From a virus: a stretch of 64,000 nucleotides of DNA. The stretch is from positions 1 to 64,000 of the IMG/VR virus record IMGVR_UViG_3300036790_000419; one strand, 5' to 3'. Both the position numbers and the translations under genes were made by a program. Positions 9,847 through 17,528 of the stretch are shown here, in pieces. Position 1 is the first letter of the stretch. Every line of letters begins with the position of its first letter. Below the pieces are notes generated by a model that saw only the letters and a program-made list of their open reading frames with translations, made no database searches and was not told the DNA's origin.

Positions 9847-10253
9847 TGAGCGAGCCGTGCGCCCGCGGGTGCGGCCGGGCCGCGTCCTGGTGGTACGGCG
9901 GCCCGGAGCGGGACCAGCCGGAGGCCTGGGTGTGCACGTCCTGCTACGAGGCCGAGGAGTTCGCCCCGGGCCACGTCCGCGACGGTGACCGCCGCCATTT
10001 CATGGCCACCGGCTGCCGCGACTGCTGCGCCCGCACGGTGGCCGGCATGACCCTGGAGCAGGTGGAGCACTGGTACCACGACGGCTACGTCGGGCAGGAC
10101 GTGTACGAGGCCTACTGCCACGCGTGGGCGACCAGTGCGACTCACAGCGCCGCCTGGGACTCATGGCTGAAGCCGCCGGCTGTCCCCGAGGTCGTGCGCC
10201 TGGTGGCTATCATCCGCGAGGTGAACGCGCGGCGGGCGGCAGTCCGGCATTGA
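9843..10253 (+). CDS. hypothetical Cys-containing protein
   Basis: Coupled ORF. Confidence 0.65.
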   Translation: MMSEPCARGCGRAASWWYGGPERDQPEAWVCTSCYEAEEFAPGHVRDGDRRHFMATGCRDCCARTVAGMTLEQVEHWYHDGYVGQDVYEAYCHAWATSATHSAAWDSWLKPPAVPEVVRLVAIIREVNARRAAVRH

Positions 10254-10319
10254 CTTGACCCGAGTCAAGTCAATGCCTATGCTCGCGGGTGAGGTAACCA
10301 ACCGAAGGGCAGGCACCTG

Positions 10320-10847
10320 ATGGGCCCCTACTGCAAGTACTGCGACCAGCGCTGCTTCCTGCCGCGCGTTATCCCCGGCGGCCCGGACAAGGGCAAGCGG
10401 GTCCTCCTGGCCACGTGCGAGGCGGGCATGGCGGCCGACCTGGAGAGGGACGGCTACACGCACGAGACGGCGCTCAACCCGGTCACCCGGACCTCAGCCG
10501 CGGAGGCGCTGGCCGCTGAGGTCCGCGGCGAGGCTGCCCCGGCTGGCATCCAGCGGATCACCAGGCGCGATGACCTGGTGGCCCTGAAGAACGTGCTCGG
10601 GATGCACCCTGACTGGCACGAGCCGGACGGGCGGGACGTTACCGCGCGGGTGTTCGGCAGTGACTTCGACAATGCCGGGAACTGGGGTACTGCCGAAGCG
10701 CTGCAGCGCAAGGCCGAACGTGCCAGGGGCATTCCGCGTTCCGGCTCCCTGGAGCTGGGGGTGACCATCTACCGGGACGGCAAGCCGGTGGCCGAGGTCA
10801 ACCTGGCCACGCTGCTGGCGTGGGCGACCGGCTACGAGGACGACTGA
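10320..10847 (+). CDS. hypothetical protein
   Basis: After promoter 10254 and leader; CKYC motif. Confidence 0.75.
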   Translation: MGPYCKYCDQRCFLPRVIPGGPDKGKRVLLATCEAGMAADLERDGYTHETALNPVTRTSAAEALAAEVRGEAAPAGIQRITRRDDLVALKNVLGMHPDWHEPDGRDVTARVFGSDFDNAGNWGTAEALQRKAERARGIPRSGSLELGVTIYRDGKPVAEVNLATLLAWATGYEDD

Positions 10848-10850
10848 GCT

Positions 10851-11249
10851 ATGCCGCTTATGGCGTACACGCCTGCCGAGCTTGCGGAGCACCTGGACAA
10901 CTTGCGGTACTGCCCGCACTCCACTGGCTCGTTGTCCATGCTGGACGAGGCCACGCTGGCTTATGGCGGCAGGTACCCGGAAGTTGACGGCCCGCAACGG
11001 GCGTTCGCCGCTGCCCGCTACGCGCACATGCAGTCGTACCGGACTGAGACCTGCCGTTACTCCGACGAGGCGTGGCAGCGGGCCGTAGATGCCGCTCGCG
11101 CACTCGCAAAGGTACTGCGCCCGTTGGGCGATTCTCGGATAGAGCGGTGCAAGCGTCAGGCCGGCTGGGGGGTGTGCAACCTTCCTCTCGGCGATGATGG
11201 CGTTTGCTGTTACCAGCCCCATGTTGAGCAGGGCCACGGCTGCCACTAA
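10851..11249 (+). CDS. hypothetical protein
   Basis: Operonic ORF. Confidence 0.65.
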   Translation: MPLMAYTPAELAEHLDNLRYCPHSTGSLSMLDEATLAYGGRYPEVDGPQRAFAAARYAHMQSYRTETCRYSDEAWQRAVDAARALAKVLRPLGDSRIERCKRQAGWGVCNLPLGDDGVCCYQPHVEQGHGCH

Positions 11250-11306
11250 CCTCCGGAGAGCCCCTGTCCGGCGATGACCGGACAGGGGCTCTCGCGCGTC
11301 GCTACG

Positions 11307-11978
11307 ATGCCGCTCATGCCTGAGTTCGCCGACCTGTACGCCGAGCACCTGCCTGCGGCCCGCAGGGCGGCCCTGGCCCTGGTGCCCGCCGACGCGGCCG
11401 ACGACATCGCGCACGAGGCGTTCGCCCGCGTGCTGGCCCGCCAGGCAGCCGGGGGAGGCCCTGACGGGGCGTTCCGCCCCTACCTGCTGGCAGCGGTGCG
11501 CAACCTGGCGCGGGACTGGCTGGCCGAGCGCAGGCGCACCGTGCCCGCTCCCCTGGACCCGCGCGCGGTGCGCGTGCCCGGTGCCGGCGAGCTGGTGACC
11601 GCGGCCGAGGAGCGGCGGATGACCCGCCGGGCGTTCGGCTCGCTGCCGGCCCGCTGGCGCGCGGTGCTGTGGCAGACCGAGGTGGAGGGGCGCACGCCCG
11701 CCGAGCTGGGGCAGGCCTCCGGCATGAGCCCCAACGCGGTGGCCGCGCTCGCGCTGCGGGCCCGGCTCGGGCTGGCGCTGGCGTGGCAGCGCGAGCGCGG
11801 CACCCAGGAGCGGCTGACCGGCCCCGCTCCGGCCCTGGTCAGGCTGGCGGAGAGAAAATACCAGAGAGCACTTGACACGAGTCAAGCTGATCGTTTATCT
11901 TTAAGAGGTCAGGCAGGGAGAAGCGGGTTCGAGTCCCGCCCCGTCCCGAATGGGGCGGGATGGTCTAGGCCAGGTTAA
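11307..11978 (+). CDS. ECF-type RNA polymerase sigma factor
   Basis: Region 2 (ADDIAHEAFARV..FRPYLLAAVRNLARD) and region 4 (LPARWRAVLWQTEVEGRTPAELG..GMSPNAVAALALRAR); the C-terminal tail overlaps the downstream promoter and RNA. Confidence 0.85.
   Translation: MPLMPEFADLYAEHLPAARRAALALVPADAADDIAHEAFARVLARQAAGGGPDGAFRPYLLAAVRNLARDWLAERRRTVPAPLDPRAVRVPGAGELVTAAEERRMTRRAFGSLPARWRAVLWQTEVEGRTPAELGQASGMSPNAVAALALRARLGLALAWQRERGTQERLTGPAPALVRLAERKYQRALDTSQADRLSLRGQAGRSGFESRPVPNGAGWSRPG
11871..11901 (+). promoter_or_regulatory. promoter of the candidate ncRNA
   Basis: Palindrome with perfect TTGACA, 18 bp spacer, TATCTT; predicted +1 near G11907; no leader motif or start codon follows. Confidence 0.75.
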
Positions 11979-12430
11979 GGCGCCCTGCCGGGCACAACCG
12001 GCTGACCGGTCGCATGCTCACCCCGGAGACGCGGGGCGAGTTGCTGGCGCAGGCTGGCTAAGACTTCCCGGGCCGCCGCGCGGCGGCACCTGGCGAACGC
12101 CTGAGTCGCGGGGCGCGAAGCTCCCGGACAACACGGCTCCGGACCAGGGAAAGCCGCACGGCAGCCCGGGATCCCAAAACTCAACAGAGCTGCTGGCCAG
12201 TGCGCCTCAATCAGGAGCCGATCTCCGGCCCTGGCCAGTACAGACGAGGGGTCTCGTTCGAGGCGAGGCGGTATCCAGTCCGCCTTTACCTGCCACCCGG
12301 CGCAAGCCGGGCCGTGGCCGACACGTGACGGCAGGGCTTGGGGTTCGTGACCCGACAGTGAACTCGGTTCCCCCTCGCGAACGCCCTAGCGGATGTCTCG
12401 GTTGCCTGCCCTGCCCGCTAGGGCGTTCGC
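11907..12430 (+). ncRNA. candidate ~525-nt structured ncRNA with a 5' permuted tRNA-like (YrlA-like) module and a 3' anti-leader hairpin
   Basis: Bounded by a promoter and a 16-bp hairpin; no credible ORF; many nested stems; T-arm GCGGG-TTCGAGT-CCCGC at 11923-11939. Confidence 0.7.
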
Positions 12431-12496
12431 ATTGTCTTGACTCAAGTAAAGCTGACAGGTAAGCTGTAGCCAGGTAATCGAGTGAAGGGCGGGCAC

Positions 12497-12907
12497 ATGA
12501 GCGAGGAAATCGAGATCACCGCCGGCGACGGCGACGAACTGGCCGAGGAAGTTTGCAACGCCGTCGAGGCGGCGAGCAGCCAGGACAAGATCACGTGGGT
12601 GACCGACCACGGTCAGCGCGTCGCGGCCATCGTGCCGGTCGACGTGGCCGAGGCGCACGAGCAGATGATCGAGAAGGTGCTCAGCACCCCCGTGGGGAAG
12701 CCGAAGGTGCGGTTCCCGAATGTCACGGTGTGCCTGAGCGTGAACCACAGCGGCAGCACCGGGGCCATCATGGCGACCGTGGCCAAGGCGATGAAGGAAG
12801 CCGGCTGCGAGGAGCGCGACATCCGCACCTTCCGCGAGGGCGTGTTCGGCCGCGCGAGCTACGACGAGGTGCTGCAGTTCGTCATGCGCACGGTGAACGT
12901 CGAGTAG
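12497..12907 (+). CDS. Phd/YefM-like N-terminal domain fused to a small phage domain
   Basis: ITWVTDHGQRVAAIVPV resembles the Phd/YefM beta-hairpin; after promoter 12436 and leader. Confidence 0.6.
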   Translation: MSEEIEITAGDGDELAEEVCNAVEAASSQDKITWVTDHGQRVAAIVPVDVAEAHEQMIEKVLSTPVGKPKVRFPNVTVCLSVNHSGSTGAIMATVAKAMKEAGCEERDIRTFREGVFGRASYDEVLQFVMRTVNVE

Positions 12908-12918
12908 GGGGTGGGCAC

Positions 12919-13176
12919 GTGAGCGTACGACTGATCGTTATTCAGGGCCATGAGACGGTGGCCCGTGTCGAGGACTACGACGGGCCGGTCCCCCGGGTAG
13001 GGGACTACCTGTTCCACCCGGACCTGGACGACGACGGCACCAGTGACATGACGTTGCAGGGCACTGGCATAGCCGGGTGCGTGAAGACCGTCACCTGGGG
13101 GCTCTACACGCGGCCTAGCAACGGAGAGGCGCACTTCGTGAAGCGCGCTGTTCCGGTTGTTGAGGTAGAAATATGA
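12919..13176 (+). CDS. hypothetical protein
   Basis: Operonic; VPRVGD motif. Confidence 0.6.
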   Translation: MSVRLIVIQGHETVARVEDYDGPVPRVGDYLFHPDLDDDGTSDMTLQGTGIAGCVKTVTWGLYTRPSNGEAHFVKRAVPVVEVEI

Positions 13177-13577
13177 GCGCCGCTTCCGTGCGCCTGGTCG
13201 TGAACGCGCGCCCGCCGACAGGTGACCCGGTGACCGACGCCGACCACGCCACCACGATGGCTGACCTCCGTGCCGCGCTGTGCCTGGCCACGGGCGTCCC
13301 GCAGGAGTACATCTCCTCACTCGGCTTCGACATCTCTGACAAGGGCTACGCGAACGTGAAGGCCAGCTGGGTGCGCTACATCGGGCAGTGGGGGTGGTCG
13401 GCCCAGTTCGACGGCCCGCACCTGGCCCGCGCGTTCGACCTGTGGCGGCACGACCGGCCGGACCTCGCCGTGGACGGCGACTGGTTCGCCCCCGGGGTGT
13501 ACGCCCACGCTGACCGTTACCCCGGGGGGTGCGGCCGGCAGACGTGCGACCTGTGCCACGCGGTGCCGGCGTCATGA
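13173..13577 (+). CDS. hypothetical protein
   Basis: ATGA coupling. Confidence 0.7.
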   Translation: MSAASVRLVVNARPPTGDPVTDADHATTMADLRAALCLATGVPQEYISSLGFDISDKGYANVKASWVRYIGQWGWSAQFDGPHLARAFDLWRHDRPDLAVDGDWFAPGVYAHADRYPGGCGRQTCDLCHAVPAS

Positions 13578-13737
13578 GCGGGGCACCGCAGGTTAAGCGC
13601 CGGGCGCGCTGCCTGTACTGCGGCACGATGAAGCCGGTCACCAGGGCGGGCAAGATCCGCAAGCACTGGGTGACCGGCGGGCCGACTACAACGCATCCCG
13701 GTGAGCGCGTGGTGTGCGGCGGATCGGGGCGCGACGC

Positions 13738-14127
13738 ATGAGCGGCACGTGGGCCGTGACCCGGCCGGGCGAGCGCGGGATGACCGCCGGGTACGCCGAG
13801 GACGAGGCGCGCAGGTACGCCGCCGAGTTGCCCGGCCTGCTGGAAGACCTCTCCTTGTCGTTCACCGCTACCGACCTGCTGCCTGAGCTTGAGCGGCGGT
13901 TCCCGGTCGGTGGCACGGTGTGGCTCGGGAAGCCGGTGTACTGGCGCAGGGGCCAGCGGGGCACGGTGGCCGCGGGCGTGCCGGACCTTTGCGTCAAGTG
14001 GCAGCCGGAGCCCGGGCCGGTGCCCTGGTTCATCGGCACCGGCGGCGCGTACGTGCACGTGGTGTTGGACGACGGCACCGCGTCCTGGTGGCCGTCGCGG
14101 TGGCTGGATACGCGGGAAGCACCGTGA
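13738..14127 (+). CDS. hypothetical protein
   Basis: Coupled ORF. Confidence 0.6.
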   Translation: MSGTWAVTRPGERGMTAGYAEDEARRYAAELPGLLEDLSLSFTATDLLPELERRFPVGGTVWLGKPVYWRRGQRGTVAAGVPDLCVKWQPEPGPVPWFIGTGGAYVHVVLDDGTASWWPSRWLDTREAP

Positions 14128-14275
14128 CCCGCGTTAACTGGCTGGGCGTCGCCGTCTGGGCTTCCGGGCTGACCTGCCAGCTGTGGGCCGGCCATAAGCC
14201 GGAAGCGGTCCTGGGGACGGCGACACTCCTACTGTGCCTCATCGGCCTGGTGCTGGTCTTCTGGAGGCCGCGCCG

Positions 14276-14698
14276 GTGAGCGGGGACTGCGACCGGGCGA
14301 ACCAGATGGAAGCCGGGGCCGCGAGGGCATGCGCCCCGCAAGGCTGGGCGGGCACGCTGGCCTGCTGCCTGGCTCACCACCGGGACATGTTCTGGCAGCC
14401 GATCTGGGGCTACTGGGTGCACAGCGCGGGGGTGCGCCCGTGCGAGTCGATGAAAGGCGAGCCCGACCCCGAGTTCCTGCCCTGCCGCTACTGCGGCGCG
14501 CGCCTGGCGGTCGACGGCGGCGGGAAGGTGTGGTCGCTGGTGCCGGAGGCGAGCCGGAACCCGTACTGGGCCCGCGACACGGTGTACGTGTGGCAGCCGC
14601 CGCGGGTGCGCGACACCTGGCACGATGACGCGTGGACCGACAAGTGCCCGGTTTCCCCCACTTTCCTTCATGAAGTGACCCCGCTGCGCTTCACGTGA
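14276..14698 (+). CDS. hypothetical Cys/Trp-rich protein
   Basis: GTGA coupling. Confidence 0.55.
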   Translation: MSGDCDRANQMEAGAARACAPQGWAGTLACCLAHHRDMFWQPIWGYWVHSAGVRPCESMKGEPDPEFLPCRYCGARLAVDGGGKVWSLVPEASRNPYWARDTVYVWQPPRVRDTWHDDAWTDKCPVSPTFLHEVTPLRFT

Positions 14699-14757
14699 GT
14701 TAAGCAGCCTGTTAAGCTAACCCGCCAGTAACAAACCCCGGTGAGGGGAGAGCGTCA

Positions 14758-15009
14758 ATGAACGCCATTGCCACGGAGCCGGCGGACGCCGTGCGCGAGG
14801 CCGCCGGGGAGTTCCCTTGCCTGCGCGCGGGGGGCTCCCGGATCTACGCCGGGCTGAGCGCTGACGGCGTGCTCGTGGTCCGCGTCTACCCGGAGGGCGA
14901 CACGCCGGTCGCTGTTTTCGTGGACGAGGCCCTGGTGGCCGGCAGCGAGATGGACTGGCGCCCGGTCGGCCGCCACCGGGTACCGCCTGACCCGGCCGAC
15001 GGGGAGTAA
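14758..15009 (+). CDS. hypothetical protein
   Basis: After degenerate promoter 14689; GGGGAG RBS. Confidence 0.65.
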   Translation: MNAIATEPADAVREAAGEFPCLRAGGSRIYAGLSADGVLVVRVYPEGDTPVAVFVDEALVAGSEMDWRPVGRHRVPPDPADGE

Positions 15010-15217
15010 GTGCCCCCTTCCCCGGCCGGGGTTGTGTGATACTGGGGGAGGCCAGGCTGAGGCGCTGCCCCGAGCGCCCGCCGTGGCTTCCTCTGCGAAG
15101 GGCCCTGGGGTTTCCCCCGTGCTCCGGGGCCCTTCGCAATTCCTCTTGACACGAGTCAAGACTGTGCATAGCCTGAGACCTTACCGCTTAACCGCAGTCA
15201 AGCGAAAGGTCAGGCAC

Positions 15218-15385
15218 ATGCCAAAGCCAGCCACTCCCGTTAACAAGCCGGGCCAGGACCGCCCCGGGCAGGGCGCCGGGCGCGGGGGCCGCCCCGGTTC
15301 CTCCGACCGCGGCGGCTCAGGCCAGGGCCGCAGCCCCGGCGGGCACCCGCCGGTTCCCGCGCGCCCGGCGCCCCGCACCCGGTAA
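15218..15385 (+). CDS. small Gly/Pro/Arg-rich disordered protein
   Basis: After promoter 15145 and a leader variant. Confidence 0.6.
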   Translation: MPKPATPVNKPGQDRPGQGAGRGGRPGSSDRGGSGQGRSPGGHPPVPARPAPRTR

Positions 15386-15591
15386 TGAGCACGCGGCCCC
15401 CGGGCACGCCCACGGCCCCGGACCGGTTCACGCCGGGCCGGGAGCCGTGCGGCTGCCTGGCGTGCCCGGAGTGCGGCTGCGCCTGCGCGCACCGCTCCGG
15501 GCTGTGCGCGTGCTGCCGCGCGGGCCTGCACGACGGCTCGTGCGGCCCGGCCCCGTCCTACCTCGTGGCACTGCCCGGCGGCCTCCCGTGA
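15385..15591 (+). CDS. small Cys-rich protein
   Basis: CGCLACPECGCACAH..CACC..H..C; TAATG coupling. Confidence 0.55.
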   Translation: MSTRPPGTPTAPDRFTPGREPCGCLACPECGCACAHRSGLCACCRAGLHDGSCGPAPSYLVALPGGLP

Positions 15592-15856
15592 CAAGCGAGG
15601 AGGTGGCTGCCGTGCTCGGTGCCGGCCGCGGCCGGGCGGTCGCCTACCTGGCCGCGCTGCGGCGTTCGGACCTGGAGGCGGTCGCCCGCTCGCGCGGCGT
15701 GCCCTTCACCCGGCAGACGTCATCAGGCGACATCGCGCGCCGCGTCGTGAGCCGTGCCGCTGAGCAGGCCCGGCGGGGGAAGCGCTCGCGTTAGCTTGAC
15801 TTGAGTTAAGACATCGGGTACCATGGAAGTACAAGCTCCGACGAAGGGCAGGCACG

Positions 15857-16294
15857 ATGGCTCAGGCCAGGACCAGTTACGACATGACGGTCTACCCGAT
15901 GACGGTGGCCGTGCGCAGCGCGTCCAACGGGGCGAGGGCGCACCTGGTGCAGCTCCCCTACTGCGACTGCGAGGACTTCACCAACCGCCGCGGCCGGCTC
16001 ACCACCGAGGGCACCGTCACGGTGTGCAAGCACGTCCGCGAGGCACTTGAGCGCGTCGGCGGCTGGCACCGCGAGGACCCGAAGGACGAGGTCTACGAGG
16101 ACCTGACGTACTCCGAGGCCTCCGAGCTGCTGACTAGCATCCTCGCCGTCGATGCCACGATGGTGCTGGGCGCACTGGCCGGCGTTCATACCGGCCAGCC
16201 GGTGGAGCTGGCGCGCGCGGCGGGCGAGGCTGTTCGCCTGTCGGTCAAGCCGGGCGAGCGGGGACGGCGCTACACCGTTACCATCCCCGCGTAG
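15857..16294 (+). CDS. SWIM-type zinc finger protein (paralog A)
   Basis: CDCEDF...CKH. Confidence 0.75.
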   Translation: MAQARTSYDMTVYPMTVAVRSASNGARAHLVQLPYCDCEDFTNRRGRLTTEGTVTVCKHVREALERVGGWHREDPKDEVYEDLTYSEASELLTSILAVDATMVLGALAGVHTGQPVELARAAGEAVRLSVKPGERGRRYTVTIPA

Positions 16295-16423
16295 CCCGGA
16301 CCGGGGCAGGCAAGGCCCGCGAGTGGCACGGCGCCCGCTCGCGGGCCTTGCCTATGCTTGACTCGGGTCAAGCCATGCGCTACGATGGGACTGTAAGCAG
16401 CCAAGCGAAGGGCAGGCACCTCG

Positions 16424-16639
16424 ATGGTCCAGCAAATCACCCGCGAGCAGTTCGCCCGGCTCACCAACCCGGTGTGCTCGGCTTGCGACCAGCCGGTCGC
16501 GTTCGACGGCATCGCCGTCCGGCACGTCGATGCAGTCGCTGGCACCGTGTGCCGCCTGCTCGCCGCCGGCGAGGGCCGCACGCTCCACGCGGACGACACC
16601 CCGGAGACCCGCGCGGTGCGCGCCGAGCTGGCCGGGTAG
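16424..16639 (+). CDS. hypothetical protein
   Basis: Own promoter, leader and terminator. Confidence 0.7.
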   Translation: MVQQITREQFARLTNPVCSACDQPVAFDGIAVRHVDAVAGTVCRLLAAGEGRTLHADDTPETRAVRAELAG

Positions 16640-16647
16640 CCTCCGCG

Positions 16648-16685
16648 AGGCCCGCACCTGGAAACGGGTGCGGGCCTTGTTTTGT
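16648..16685 (+). terminator. intrinsic terminator
   Basis: AGGCCCGCACC/GGTGCGGGCCT followed by TGTTTTGT, abutting the next palindrome. Confidence 0.75.
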
Positions 16686-16748
16686 CTTGACTCAAGTCAA
16701 GATATCAGGTACCATTGGAGGTACAAGCTCCTACGAAGGGCAGGCACA

Positions 16749-17219
16749 ATGGCAGCTCCCGCCAAGAACTACGACATGACCGTTCACCCGACCGCGGGCC
16801 TGGTGCGCAGCCAGAGTGACGGTGCCAGGGCGCACCAGGTCACTCTTCCGTCCTGTGACTGCGCGGACTACATCAACCGCAAGGGCGACCTGGTGCAGGT
16901 CGACGGCCTTACGGCTATCACCCTGTGCAAGCACATTGTTGAGTTCCTGGAGCGAGTCGGCGGCTGGAACCGGCCTGCCGGCCCGCCGTCGCCTGAGGTC
17001 TACGAGAACCTGTCCCGACAGCGGGCACGCACGCTCATGGCTGAGGCTCTCCTGGCGGATTCGATGATCACTCACCTGCTTGACATCGTGATCGTGGACG
17101 GTAACCCGGTGACCTGCCCGGGTGCCCCTAAGCACCCGGAGGTGAAGCTGGCCGCCGTGCGCTTCGCGGCAGGCTTGCGCTACACCGTGACCATCACCCG
17201 CAGGGCTAGGGCCGTATAG
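16749..17219 (+). CDS. SWIM-type zinc finger protein (paralog B)
   Basis: CDCADY...CKH; aligns with 15857..16294. Confidence 0.75.
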   Translation: MAAPAKNYDMTVHPTAGLVRSQSDGARAHQVTLPSCDCADYINRKGDLVQVDGLTAITLCKHIVEFLERVGGWNRPAGPPSPEVYENLSRQRARTLMAEALLADSMITHLLDIVIVDGNPVTCPGAPKHPEVKLAAVRFAAGLRYTVTITRRARAV

Positions 17220-17288
17220 GGCTTGACTCAAGTCAAGCCCATGACGTAAGCTGTACTCACAAGCACCGAGCGAAGGGCAGGCATCCCG

Positions 17289-17528
17289 ATGCGAGTAACA
17301 CCGGACATGACAACCGAGGGCGGAGCGCCGCTCGTCAAGCTAGCTGACGTGCTCGCCGAGGATGAGGTGGGCGTCAAGGTAGACGTCTCCGAGTTCGGCG
17401 ACCAGGTGCGGCTCACGGTCGACTCGACCGCCACCACCGGCAAGCACGCCTACCTGACGGCGGACGACGCTGACGCCCTGGCCGACCTGCTGCAGCGTAA
17501 GGCACAGGAAATCCGGAGCGCGCCGTGA
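17289..17528 (+). CDS. hypothetical protein
   Basis: After promoter and leader. Confidence 0.7.
   Translation: MRVTPDMTTEGGAPLVKLADVLAEDEVGVKVDVSEFGDQVRLTVDSTATTGKHAYLTADDADALADLLQRKAQEIRSAP

Noticed and set aside
11907-12007. Canonical tRNA gene or two-piece tmRNA
   Set aside because: No anticodon loop or CCA and the arm order is permuted. For tmRNA the intervening segment is only 4-6 nt, a D stem is present, the discriminator is not A, and no convincing tag ORF was found.
11950-12462. 170-aa ORF over the ncRNA region
   Set aside because: No RBS or leader motif, Pro/Arg/Gly-rich shadow composition, and it crosses the terminal hairpin and the next promoter.
16686-16701. Palindrome as a host LexA SOS box or HspR HAIR site
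   Set aside because: The actinobacterial SOS box is TCGAAC-N4-GTTCGA and HAIR is CTTGAGT-N7-ACTCAAG; only partial half-site similarity.
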